The notes below the pieces were generated by a model that was not told the DNA's origin, ran no database searches, and worked only from the letters and a program-made list of their open reading frames with translations. DNA of 64,000 bases, taken from the IMG/VR virus record IMGVR_UViG_3300006175_000009, positions 14,118-78,117 of that record. The stretch is one strand, 5' to 3'. Below, in pieces: positions 27,697-38,000 of the stretch. Every line of letters starts with the position of its first letter. Position 1 is the stretch's first letter. The stretch comes from a virus. A program made the translations under genes and the position numbers.

Positions 27697-28014
27697 TTAG
27701 TTGGGAGCTGAAGTGGTAGCCGAGATGATTGCGGTACCACCGATTCCTGTTCCGTACAGAGTCTGAGCCACTGCACCGAGGGGAACGTTGATGGTGATGC
27801 TCTGACCAGCGTTGACGATGGCTCCATTTCCCGTCGCCAGGGAAGCCTGGTTGGGGCCGTAGGACACCGCAGCGCCAGACGTGTAGGCGTTCAGAATGAC
27901 CTGTACGGGGCCCGCTGGAACGTCAATGATCTTGGTGGCATTCACGCCAGCGGGGGTAAGCGAACTTGCCGCTCCACCACTGTTCAGGAATACCTGTTCT
28001 ACTCGGATCGTCAT
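27697..28014 (-). CDS. Small virion decoration-like protein (paralog C)
   Basis: Similar to the 29532 and 29822 proteins. Confidence 0.5.
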   Translation of the reverse strand: MTIRVEQVFLNSGGAASSLTPAGVNATKIIDVPAGPVQVILNAYTSGAAVSYGPNQASLATGNGAIVNAGQSITINVPLGAVAQTLYGTGIGGTAIISATTSAPN

Positions 28015-28337
28015 TAGGGAACGTACTCCTCTAGGGTCGCTTCACGAACAGCTTCACGATCCTCCGGAACCGTTTCCCCACCGCACTTGCTGCATGTCTT
28101 GTTCCATGCGTTCCAGAGACGGTTGCAGGGTGGACACCAGCGACCATTCGACGTGCCGAAGCTTGTTGACTGCTTGGCGGAAATGAAGCCCTGCTTCGCG
28201 TACTCACCCTTGTTGATGTGAGCGGCGTGCTTGTCGGAGACCTCTACCGATCCACCGGACTTCTTGGCGGTATACTTCGTTCCGTCTCGGGCTTCGAAGC
28301 CATAGCAGCCAGGAGGTAGGTTCACCTTCACACCCAT
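28014..28337 (-). CDS. Zn-ribbon hypothetical protein
   Basis: CPPC...CSKCG. Confidence 0.55.
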   Translation of the reverse strand: MGVKVNLPPGCYGFEARDGTKYTAKKSGGSVEVSDKHAAHINKGEYAKQGFISAKQSTSFGTSNGRWCPPCNRLWNAWNKTCSKCGGETVPEDREAVREATLEEYVP

Positions 28338-28385
28338 AGCGCACCTCTATTCGTAGACTTACCTCCTGGCAGTATAGCGCAAGGG

Positions 28386-29006
28386 CTAGAACTCAAGCCA
28401 GGTGAGACTGATGTTCCATCGCTGGGCAATGTCGCCAGCCAGGGTACGCATGACAAAGCCCTCACCCGGCAGAATTTCGGCCAGGGCGGCTGAAGAAGCA
28501 GGAGTGAAGGCTGCGGACGCGGAGCCACCGCCACCAGTAGCGAAAGGTGGGGTTGACGGAGCGACGGGAATCCCGGTTCCCAGAAGCGTGACGGTCGGGT
28601 TGTTGATCCGAACCTCTGCCACGGTGTCCGGTTCAAGGGTGATGTACTTGGTGACCGAACTGAAGGGAATCAGCGTTCCACCGGAAGCTGCCGTTGTTCG
28701 GTAGCCCGCCATCGAGTTCGGTGAACCCGTGTTGGTGGTCGCGTAGGACTCAATGGCCAGAGACAGCAGGGACATTTGCCGAATGCTGCCAACAGGGTTG
28801 AAGACGCTGATGAAGTTGTTGGTTGCGACTACACCAGGGACGTCGATGATGGTGAAGTTGTAGACCGAACCTGCTGGGAAGTAGTTCGGAACGTCACCAT
28901 GCGTGTCTGTTAATGCAAAGACGCTGGTATGCGAACCGGGCTGGAGCTGTAGCGATACATTTCCAGACCCGTTCGCTGTGACCAGGCTCGGGTTACGAGC
29001 CATCAA
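28386..29006 (-). CDS. Virion structural/decoration protein
   Basis: Beta-rich; ILPGEG..R...W.E C-terminus. Confidence 0.5.
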   Translation of the reverse strand: MMARNPSLVTANGSGNVSLQLQPGSHTSVFALTDTHGDVPNYFPAGSVYNFTIIDVPGVVATNNFISVFNPVGSIRQMSLLSLAIESYATTNTGSPNSMAGYRTTAASGGTLIPFSSVTKYITLEPDTVAEVRINNPTVTLLGTGIPVAPSTPPFATGGGGSASAAFTPASSAALAEILPGEGFVMRTLAGDIAQRWNISLTWLEF

Positions 29007-29015
29007 GGACCACCC

Positions 29016-29522
29016 TTAGGAGGCGACTACCACATAACTGATGAGGTAGGTGTGAGCAGCAGTCAGAGCTGGCGCAGCAATACTGAAGCCAGTGGTCGAG
29101 AAGGTGCCCGCACCGCACGCTGTGGTCAGGATGGGTGAACCTGTGGTGTCGGTCAGGGTGGCCACGACAGCAACCGGAGCGGCAGCCAGAGCGGTTCCGA
29201 ACGTGATGGTGGCAACCACACCGGCAGCAGGAGTACCCGCAGTGGTCAGGACGAAGGAGCCTCCGAGATCGTGACCCTTGAAGCTACCGACAGAGGAACC
29301 GACACCGGCACCAGCGGTGACAGCAGCAGGAGTGGGAGCGGGGCCAGTTCCATTGAGGGTCTGACCCGTCAGAGCACCAGTTGTGGCAACGGCACCTGTC
29401 GAGGTGAACGTTCCCTGAACGGTGACAGGAGCTGAACTGGTGAAAGTAACCGGTCCGTCGAAGGTGGTGGCACTCTCAACAAGAGCGGTGCCGGGTGGCT
29501 GAAGAGTTCCCGCCAGAGACAA
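29016..29522 (-). CDS. Virion fibre/decoration protein
   Basis: Thr/Ala-rich; TITFGTA...P.VV...TTGFSI gp53/H-lectin-like end. Confidence 0.5.
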   Translation of the reverse strand: MSLAGTLQPPGTALVESATTFDGPVTFTSSAPVTVQGTFTSTGAVATTGALTGQTLNGTGPAPTPAAVTAGAGVGSSVGSFKGHDLGGSFVLTTAGTPAAGVVATITFGTALAAAPVAVVATLTDTTGSPILTTACGAGTFSTTGFSIAAPALTAAHTYLISYVVVAS

Positions 29523-29531
29523 GGGATTCTC

Positions 29532-29801
29532 CTAGAAGACAGATGGAACGACGCTGAGGAATGGGGCACCAGTTCCGACAGCCCCGACCCCATAAATGGC
29601 AAATGGCACGCGGTTGAGAGTTACCTTGTCCCCCGGAAGAATGGGCAGCCCAACGGATGAGGTGACTCCGGTCTGTCCGATGTAGGCAATGTCCTTGCCC
29701 TCATTGAAAATCGTCACAGAGTCTCGTACGCCGATGGGCTGGTAAACCAGAGTGGCAGAGGTGCCCAGCTGAGTGGGCTTCTTTTCCCCGACTGCTGACA
29801 C
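29532..29801 (-). CDS. Small decoration-like protein (paralog B)
   Basis: GTG start; SVTIFNEG..AYIG..GVT...GLPI.PG. Confidence 0.55.
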   Translation of the reverse strand: MSAVGEKKPTQLGTSATLVYQPIGVRDSVTIFNEGKDIAYIGQTGVTSSVGLPILPGDKVTLNRVPFAIYGVGAVGTGAPFLSVVPSVF

Positions 29802-29821
29802 GCGGCTGGGCACCTTTCCTG

Positions 29822-30145
29822 CTAGTCTACGATGTTGACGGTCGCTAGACCGGACACGACGGTGGCAGTACCGGACGCTGTGATGGCGTAGATGGCGGTA
29901 CCACCCGAACCGGCTGGGGTTGAAGATCCCTCGAAGGTGACCTGAACACCAGAAGCCAGCGGGAGACCAGTCGCGGTGGTCACGGTCGAACCACCCAGGT
30001 AGACGGTCACCGAACCAGCGTTCTCGATGGTGACGTCCTTGAGCGGACCGGCGAGAGTTGAGAAGGGAGCAGCGTTCGGGTTGAAGACTGCGGTAGCAGA
30101 GTTGCCGACCGAAGTGGTCTGCACATTGTTGCCAAAGATGGCCAC
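29822..30145 (-). CDS. Small decoration-like protein (paralog A)
   Basis: RBS AGGAG plus GTG; DVTIENAG..VYLG..VTTATGLPLASG. Confidence 0.6.
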   Translation of the reverse strand: MAIFGNNVQTTSVGNSATAVFNPNAAPFSTLAGPLKDVTIENAGSVTVYLGGSTVTTATGLPLASGVQVTFEGSSTPAGSGGTAIYAITASGTATVVSGLATVNIVD

Positions 30146-30249
30146 CAGGGTTCTCCTGTTCGTGGAAAGAGCCGGGGTGATTGGGTGCGACAACCACCCC
30201 GGCAGCTTGTGTTAGGCTCAGCCAGAAAGGGCCCGAAGGCCCTCGCTGG

Positions 30250-32094
30250 TTAGCTGAACGGTGTTACGTCCGAGACCTGGAGACCCTGGAGGATGCCCGA
30301 GTACTGCGGAGCGTGAGCGACCATCGCGCCGTACATGAAGATGCTGTAGCGGAAGGTCGCGTCCACGACAGGCCACGCGATGGACATGTAGTCCTGGACC
30401 ACGGTCATCTCCCAGGCGTTGGCCACGTTCGACCAGGTCTGTGGGAGCTGGTAGCTCATCAGCATGGCGGTACCCTGGGTGAGCCACGGGTGGACAACCA
30501 GCTTCAGAACCGAGCGGGTGATCGGGTTCTGGAACTCGGAGACCGCAGCGCCAACGCGGACGCCACCAACGTCAGGCTGGTCCAGGAAGAGACGGTAGTT
30601 GGTCGCCGCGCCCTGAGAGATCACGTCGTTCGAGAGGCGCATGATATCGCCACCCTCACCCACGATCTCCGCCGGGTCGGCACGGAACGCGCCTGGGTTG
30701 TTACCGGCACCCTGAGCGCCATCCCACAGACCCTGGAGGGCGGTGTAGAGAGCGTTGAAGCTCAGGTGGGTACCCACGTTGGTGTTGACGTAGCCGCCCT
30801 GCCAGTTCGACGGGTAGACGCCGGAAGCGGCGCTCTTACCAGTCAGGGTCGGGATCAGACCCTCCATGCGGTTGTTGTTACCGGTACCGGTGTCCGCAGC
30901 CGGAGGGTTCGCACCAGAGCCCGGAGGAGTTCCCTGGATGGTGTACTTGGAGCCACCGACACCAGCCTTGACCAGGAAGGCGTTCGCACGGGTTGGCGAA
31001 GCGTTGGTCGAGACGTAGATGTTGAACTGCTGTCCACCGGCTGGTAGGGTTGCGTTCAGGTCAACAACCTGACCCGAAGTGGTGGAGATGGTGCTGGACT
31101 GCGCAGCCACGGTCTCACCGTAGTAGTTCGTCGCGGTGACGAACACGGTGAAGTTGGTGTTGGCACCAACGGTGGTCTCACCGGAACCGGCGGTACGGGC
31201 AGTCAGGGAGACGATGGTCGGAGCGCTCAGCGTGGTGCTGGAGCCCGCGATCATCTGGTACTCCTCGCCCAGCATGAACTCCTGAAGGAGGATCAGGTTG
31301 GCGAGAGCAGAAATGTCCTCGAAGCCCTGACCGGCGAACTGAGCCAGCCACGAGAGCGACTCGGTCATACCGAAGAACTTGTACGGAACGTTGAGGGTGA
31401 CCTCAGTCTGCGCACCCGCAGGCGGCAGGTTCAGTGGCCACTGAGAAGAGCTGAGACCAGCACCGGACTGCACAAGCTCCGGGATCGAGATGTCAACAAC
31501 ACCCTGACCACCGGTCTGAGAGCCGGAGATACCGGTGAAGACCTTCTCGATGCGGCTGGTGCCCTGACCCTGAGGGCGAGGCAGCTTGTTGCGGAAGACC
31601 GTGTACATCGGGTAGATGAGACGGCTTGGCGCGAGCAGGTCGAACGGAACCAGGCCGTAGATCGAGCCGATGCCCAGGTTGCCTGCGGTGAAGGACTTGA
31701 CGGCGTCCGCACCACCCGGCATACCACCGACGAGCTGCATGACCTGGTCACCGATGGACGGTGCGGTCAGCGCGCTCTTCAGGTAGCCGAACTGGTTCAG
31801 GAAGCCCTGGTTCATGCCCTTGACGACCTGCTGCTTGTCCGAGTAGCCCTGGTAGGTGCTCGTACGAAGGTCCAGTGTCGCCTGGTGCGCCTTGGTGACG
31901 ATCTGAGACTCGTCAACCAGCGGTGTGTTACCGCCAGGCTTGGCGAATCCAGCGCCCTTGACTAGGCCGGACATGCGGTTCTTCAGCATGTCGCCAGCGT
32001 AGGTGAAGCGTCCAGCGTCCCGAGCGGCGTCGTTCATGACACCGTTGGCTCCCGCTGGCGCAATGTTCTCTGCGGAGAGAAGCTCCATTGCCAT
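30250..32094 (-). CDS. Major capsid protein with an inserted Ig/FN3-like domain
   Basis: Follows the protease; strongest codon bias; FDLLAPSRLIYP..FRNKLPR; insert with VTATNYYGET..FNIYVS. Confidence 0.8.
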   Translation of the reverse strand: MAMELLSAENIAPAGANGVMNDAARDAGRFTYAGDMLKNRMSGLVKGAGFAKPGGNTPLVDESQIVTKAHQATLDLRTSTYQGYSDKQQVVKGMNQGFLNQFGYLKSALTAPSIGDQVMQLVGGMPGGADAVKSFTAGNLGIGSIYGLVPFDLLAPSRLIYPMYTVFRNKLPRPQGQGTSRIEKVFTGISGSQTGGQGVVDISIPELVQSGAGLSSSQWPLNLPPAGAQTEVTLNVPYKFFGMTESLSWLAQFAGQGFEDISALANLILLQEFMLGEEYQMIAGSSTTLSAPTIVSLTARTAGSGETTVGANTNFTVFVTATNYYGETVAAQSSTISTTSGQVVDLNATLPAGGQQFNIYVSTNASPTRANAFLVKAGVGGSKYTIQGTPPGSGANPPAADTGTGNNNRMEGLIPTLTGKSAASGVYPSNWQGGYVNTNVGTHLSFNALYTALQGLWDGAQGAGNNPGAFRADPAEIVGEGGDIMRLSNDVISQGAATNYRLFLDQPDVGGVRVGAAVSEFQNPITRSVLKLVVHPWLTQGTAMLMSYQLPQTWSNVANAWEMTVVQDYMSIAWPVVDATFRYSIFMYGAMVAHAPQYSGILQGLQVSDVTPFS

Positions 32095-32159
32095 TGATGA
32101 AACCCTTTGCTATGCTTGCAAGTGAGAGGAGTTGGTTGGGGCTATGACCCCTGAAAGGA

Positions 32160-34862
32160 CTAGGCCATGCCCCGCATCTTCATGAGTGACGACCATGCAG
32201 CCTCCCGCTGCGCTGGGTCGGGGCTGGTGCGGAACTGAGACTCCAGCTCGCGCATCATCATCATCTGAGTCTGCTCCGCAGTCTCCGCGATGGTGCGAAC
32301 AGGTGTGGCGCTCTTGTTGACTGGGTGAGAAAGAGCAACACCCTTGAACGCTGCTACAGACGGATCTGGCATGCTGGCCATTGAATCCAGAGTGGACTGT
32401 AGCTTGTCATTACGCTTGCGCTCTGCCTTCAGCGACTTGGTGACGGTGCGCAGCTCCGCTGCAAACTCGTCCTTCATCTGCTGGAACAGGGCAGTCAGGT
32501 CGGTCACCTGTGGGGTAGCCGCCTTTACAACATCAACTGTATCCGACTTGCTGGCCGGAGAGCCAACAGGCTGCGGAATCTCAGTCTCGCCCATTGGCAC
32601 GTGGCCAAGGTCCTTCACGCCGCCCGGTGAGCCCATTGGGCACAGGTCTGGGAAGGTGTGGCTGATGTGGTCGTGGATCGCGTTCATCGCAGCCTTGGCG
32701 GCCTGACGAGAAGCGTCACTGTAGTCAACCGGCTTGACGACGCCAGTCTGGGATGGGTACTTGATCGGACGTGGGTCCATGCTCTTGTTCGACGGAGACT
32801 CGTCCGAGTGACCCGAAGACAGATATCCACCAGTGAAGTCAGACGCGGCGATCGAGCCAGACGGAACATCGTGAGTGTTCGGTCCCTCGGCACCAGGCGA
32901 ACGACGAGCGTGCCCCTCCTGGATGAATGGGCGCTTGAACTGGCCTGCACGTGGCTGAGTCGGGACCGGAGCAGTGCCCGGACCCATCTGAGCATCTGAG
33001 AACGCCTTGTGAAGTTCCATGCGGGCTTCGGTCAGCTCGGAGACGTGGTTCGTCGCCATGTTCTTCAGAGTCTCAGCAGCCTGCCAACGCTCGGTCGCAC
33101 GGGCAGCCTCATCGAGAGGGGCTACGGAAGCAGCGTGAAGGGCCTCGTTCTGCCAGTAGCTCACGTCGATCGACTTGAGGGAGTGCGCTGGGTGGCACTT
33201 CTCGGCGTCGGCCGGGTGGAAGCCATCGCAGGTGAGGTCGTGGAGAGCACCGAGGTCAGAAGGCACGTTCAGGCTCTTCAGCAGCATGGCTGTGACCATC
33301 ACGTGATCGTCGCTCTTGGTGGCTGGCAGACCATCTGGAGTAGGCGTCTTTCCGGGAACCGGAACCTTGCCGTTCTTCTTGGGCTTCTTCTCGTAGTACT
33401 CGGTGTCCGAGTCCAGAGACTTCGGCTTGCCCTGCTTCTTCGGCTTCTTCTTGGCGTCCTTGACAGGGGTGACCGCAGTGGTCTCCTGTGGCTCGCCAAC
33501 AGTCTTGGAGCCAGGGACGTCAGCCTTCATGGCACCTGGCTGAGGAGCACCCTCGATGGGCATCTGGACTGTCATGTGGCCGTTCGCGTCGGTCGGGTCG
33601 GCTGGTGCCCCCTGGTCTGGAGTGGCACCCTTATCTGAGCTGTCAACTGGAGCACCGCACATAGGGCAGAAGTTCATGCCCGGACCAACATCATGTCCGG
33701 TCTGGTCCATGTGATCCTTGGCGAGAATTGCACCAGAAGGAGCGTTCGGGTCCGCCGGAGCTGCCGCAGGATCGTGTGCAGGAGGAGCTGTGTGGCCTGT
33801 AGGGGCCGCCTGAGCCTGCGGAGTCGGGTGCTGAGGGGTTACCTGCCCTGGGGCCCCGTGAGGCGCTGGACGAGGTGCCTGAGCCTGTGCGTGGGCCGGT
33901 GGCGTAGGAGCTGCACCCGGAGTCGGTGGTGTGTGAGGTGGCATGCCACCCTGTGGAGCTGGAGTACTCATGGCACCCTTCTCGGCGCTGTCGTTTGACC
34001 AGGAATCAGGAAGGGCCGACTCGAAGCCCTTGCGACGCGCGATTGAGGTCAGGCGACGCTGGAACTTCTCCATGGGAATCTGGGGCTTGGCCCGCCCATA
34101 TGAGCTTACCGCGTCGGAAACATCTGCCGCAGTAACGACCGGGAATCGACGGCCCTTGGGGTCAACGAAGTCCTCGGAAGGGATCTTGTCCCGATCGACT
34201 CCACCGCCAACATCCGGGTCCATGTCCCGCTTCTCGGCAACACGACGGTGCTCCAGGAGCTTGGCCAGATCGGACGGCGAGAATGTACCCGCAGCCTTCT
34301 GGACAGTCTCCTCTTCGGGGCCCTCGTGCAGGATGCCGGTGATGGCAGCGTTCGCCCCAGCAGCCTTGGCCAGCTCTAGGTAGCTCGAAGGGTTGGCCGG
34401 ACGGTCCACGATGGACAGCTCGGAAAGCTCGCCACCACAGATGATACCACCACGTGCACGGCCAGTTGGGTCGCGCTTGATGACTGGGTGCGAGATGCCA
34501 ACGGAGTAGGCGCGAAGAACACCCTTCTCAACGAGGCGCTGTGCAGTCGGGTCCACAATGACGGACTTGACCCAGTGCTTGCCATCGCCGTCTCGGTCGA
34601 TCTCAACCGAAAGGCCCTTGCCGACCGGGCGCTGAGCGTCATGGCTCATGCGGACATTTCCACCGGTCTCAAGCCACTTGGCGAGCGCTCCGGCAGACCA
34701 ATCGGGGTCTACGATCTGGTAGTCGCTGTCAACAGAACCGTCAGTGGCCACGCCCTTGACGATTAGGTCGCCATCCGCATCCTTCTCCATCTTGGAAATG
34801 GGGAAGCTGACCGTGATGGTTTCGACCTGTGTCGATTCGACTTCGGTTAGCGTGGTGGCCAC
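32160..34862 (-). CDS. Capsid maturation (HK97-type prohead) protease with scaffold and extra domains
   Basis: VKGVATDGSVDSDYQIV, NVRMSH, AYSVG, ELSIVDRPANP; DUF6582-like RRFPV..AADV.DA segment; C-terminal coiled coil. Confidence 0.85.
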   Translation of the reverse strand: MATTLTEVESTQVETITVSFPISKMEKDADGDLIVKGVATDGSVDSDYQIVDPDWSAGALAKWLETGGNVRMSHDAQRPVGKGLSVEIDRDGDGKHWVKSVIVDPTAQRLVEKGVLRAYSVGISHPVIKRDPTGRARGGIICGGELSELSIVDRPANPSSYLELAKAAGANAAITGILHEGPEEETVQKAAGTFSPSDLAKLLEHRRVAEKRDMDPDVGGGVDRDKIPSEDFVDPKGRRFPVVTAADVSDAVSSYGRAKPQIPMEKFQRRLTSIARRKGFESALPDSWSNDSAEKGAMSTPAPQGGMPPHTPPTPGAAPTPPAHAQAQAPRPAPHGAPGQVTPQHPTPQAQAAPTGHTAPPAHDPAAAPADPNAPSGAILAKDHMDQTGHDVGPGMNFCPMCGAPVDSSDKGATPDQGAPADPTDANGHMTVQMPIEGAPQPGAMKADVPGSKTVGEPQETTAVTPVKDAKKKPKKQGKPKSLDSDTEYYEKKPKKNGKVPVPGKTPTPDGLPATKSDDHVMVTAMLLKSLNVPSDLGALHDLTCDGFHPADAEKCHPAHSLKSIDVSYWQNEALHAASVAPLDEAARATERWQAAETLKNMATNHVSELTEARMELHKAFSDAQMGPGTAPVPTQPRAGQFKRPFIQEGHARRSPGAEGPNTHDVPSGSIAASDFTGGYLSSGHSDESPSNKSMDPRPIKYPSQTGVVKPVDYSDASRQAAKAAMNAIHDHISHTFPDLCPMGSPGGVKDLGHVPMGETEIPQPVGSPASKSDTVDVVKAATPQVTDLTALFQQMKDEFAAELRTVTKSLKAERKRNDKLQSTLDSMASMPDPSVAAFKGVALSHPVNKSATPVRTIAETAEQTQMMMMRELESQFRTSPDPAQREAAWSSLMKMRGMA

Positions 34863-35006
34863 TGGACTCCTAGCGGGATTGGTCAGAGTACAAACCCTGA
34901 CTGTGATGATGTTAAAGCCTAGAGTTAGGTCTTGACAACTCCGGCTGCCATTTGAATTTTACAAAGACGGGCGGGCTGACCCGAATGAGCCAGCCCGCCC
35001 CCTTTC

Positions 35007-38000
35007 CTAGTTTCCTCCGCCTGCACCGGAAGGAGCCTGGTGGACAAGCCCTGAGGCATCCTGACCGGTCATGTTTCCGTAGCGGACCTGGCAGAACGTA
35101 CGCGAATTCTCCAGACCGAGCGTCTGTGTAGCCAGGGTTACACAACGGCCAATGTCGCCAGTGGTTCCCCACTTGATCTGGGCGGCACCAGCTCCGGTCT
35201 CGAAGAAGTCGATCAGAGTCGGGTCCTGCATCATGATCGACTCGTCAACAACGCCCTGCTGGGAGACGTGCTGCTCAGGAGCTGGGGCAACTGTCGGTGT
35301 GGCAGCAGGAGCCGACTGTCCTCCACCTAGCTGCTCGTGGATTGCCATGCCCATGCCCTTGTCGGCCTTGATGGCATCCCACTCATCGCACACGTCTTCA
35401 GCCTTGATCAGGCCCTCGACCAGAGTGCAGGAACCCGAAGGCAGGAACATGCTGCACGTTCCACAGCGCTTGTTCGGGTTGTCCGACTCACGGTAGTCAA
35501 CGGACTCCTTGGAGACCTTCTGACCCTTCTCCGCGTCCGGTCGTGCAACCGTAGCAGAACCAGACTGCTTGCCATCCTTGGCGAACTGGTAACTGTGCGT
35601 CTGCTCCCAGCGATCGTCGTCTTCTGGAACGAATCCCAGGTAAGTGACGAACGGGCGACCAAGCTTCTTGTAGGCAAGCACGCGGTGGTGCCCGTCCACA
35701 ATCTTGATTCGGCTGTCACCTTCGGTCTGACGGATGCTGATTCCAGGCTTGAGTTCCTTGCCCTTCTTCAGCTTCTTGGCCATCTCCGCCACGGACTCAG
35801 GTTCGTTCGCAGCAGCCCAGTTGTCCGCGTCATCAAAGTCGATGCGCTCCAGTGGAACTTCCACCGGTCCGACCCAGCGAGCATCCTTGACCCACTTGAG
35901 ACCCTTGTCATCGAAGTCTCCGCGCATCATGTTCAGCACGTGAGTCTCAGCAACAGGGTTCGGGTCGTCAAGATCCTTGGCACCCTTGCCAACTGCATCT
36001 CCGGAGACATGCATGTCGTTGACGTCATGAGGCTGAAGCTCGTAGCCTCCGTGCGTGTAGTCTCCAGGACGCCAGTCCCCGATGAGATCCTTCCAGAACA
36101 CCTGACCAGCAGAATCCACGAGGCGCTGCTGACGGACCATCTCCACAGCCTGGTCAACCTCTGCACCCTTGGCCATGTACTCGTTGATCCGAGCAAGCAC
36201 ATCACTGCTCAGGTGGCGTGGTTCCCAGTCGGAGACCTGACGCCCCTTCTTGACGTGGCGAGCCATCGACTCCAGCTCGGAGAGAATCGCTCGTGTCTTG
36301 CTGGCGAACACCCGAGCCACATCGGCATCGCTGACGTCCTGCGCCTTGACCGACTGCGGTGGAAGCTTTCCGGAAGCGCGTACGCGGCCGTTGATCAGCT
36401 CCGCAACGCGGTCCTTCATGTCTCCACGGGACAGCTCGGTCATGCCACGGTCCTCGTGAGGCTTTGTGGCAGTGTCCTTCCGCTTTGCCTCCGAGTACTC
36501 AAGAGAGCAGTTGCAACGCGGCCCACCCTCACAGATATCCCCGAAAGCGCCGTCACCCGGGTATCCCGGTAGCTCGCTCAGGGAGAAGGTCTGACCATCG
36601 CGGTCGATGCACAGAGCGCAGTTCTCGCCAGAGCCCAGGTGCCAAGTGGCTTCCCACTCACCCCCGCTTGCCCTGACAGCATCACCATACGCCTTGTTGT
36701 ACGCGAACTGCAAGCTCTGCGCATAAATGCCGATGCGACCCTTGAGCTTCTTGTCAGGCTTGGCGATGGCCGTCTGGATCAGACCGTCCAGCCACTGACG
36801 CTGACCCTCAGCCAGCTTCCACTCCTGCTCGTGACCTGCGCTGTTTCCAGTGTAGTCCAGCTCAAGATCGTCGGTGGCGTCGTCTACGGCCTTGGACATG
36901 ACGTCCTTGTAGCCCGCCGTGAGGAACGTGACCCCAAGGTGCACAGCCTTGTTGCGGTCGATCTTGCCATCCCGAACAGACTCTACAAGCTGCTCAAGCT
37001 GGTCGCCGACCTTCTCTGTGAACTTGTCGATCCGCTTGGTGCGGCGGTCCTGGAACTTGTTCCCACCCTTGACGATCTCAGGCTCTTCGCCCTTGGCCAT
37101 CGGAAGCGGAACCTCTGGGGTGTCAGCACCGGCAGTGGCAGCGTGATGACCTGGAGTCATCTCAGGCTCGCCAGCCGGAACCTCAACACCACCGGCAGGA
37201 GAAGCCAGATCGGGGGTCGAAGGCTCAGCGGGATCACCCGGAACAGGCTCGCCTGAGTCTGCCGAAGCACCGGCCCCAGAAGGACCGCCAGGGCCTGTTG
37301 CAGGCATACCGTCCGGGCTGACGAAGACAGAGCCTTCCTGGGCACCTGTACGGGCCGCAGCGATGGCCTCTGTGAGCGGAGTCCAGCCAGTAGCGGTCGC
37401 CCAACCTGGGTCGCTGGTCTCAGGCAGGCCCCAAGGCTGAAGGTCAAGCTCCTCGCGAGCCTCGTCAATCGAGCGGAGAGCGGAGCCAACCTGGTCAATC
37501 AGGATCTGAGTCTTGATCTGCTCGTCTTCGCCCTCTTCCAGACCCTCGAACATGAAGCGCATGTCCGACTGGCCGCAGACCTCCTGAATGATCACATTCA
37601 TAATGTCGGCGACGAAGGAGAGGAAAGGCTTGGTGGCCTTGCGCTCGTGAATGTTCTGGCTCGACTTGCTCATCTGGTTGGCTGCGCCAGGCGAAACGGT
37701 GGTCGAGACCTTCGGCATGATGCCCAGCTCCATTGGCTGAACGTCAAATGCCATGCAGACCTGGTTCATCACGATCTCATCGAACTGGTCCGCAAGCTGG
37801 CCCTGCTTCTGCGGCATGACCTTCGAGTCGGCAGGCAGAACGATGATCTTGTGCTTCCATGCCGGGTCACCAGCAATCGCGTTCAGGGCGTCCTGAAGCT
37901 CGCGAATCTGGTTCGGGGTCATGTTCGCATTCGCACCACCAGGAGAGATGTAGACGGCCGGAACCGTTCCCTCACGGTAGTAGTCAAGCTGGAAGCCCTG

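Noticed and set aside
33280-33980. Pro/Ala/Lys-rich stretch in the protease as a DNA repeat or intein
   Set aside because: Low-complexity protein linker; no intein terminal motifs or regular nucleotide repeat.
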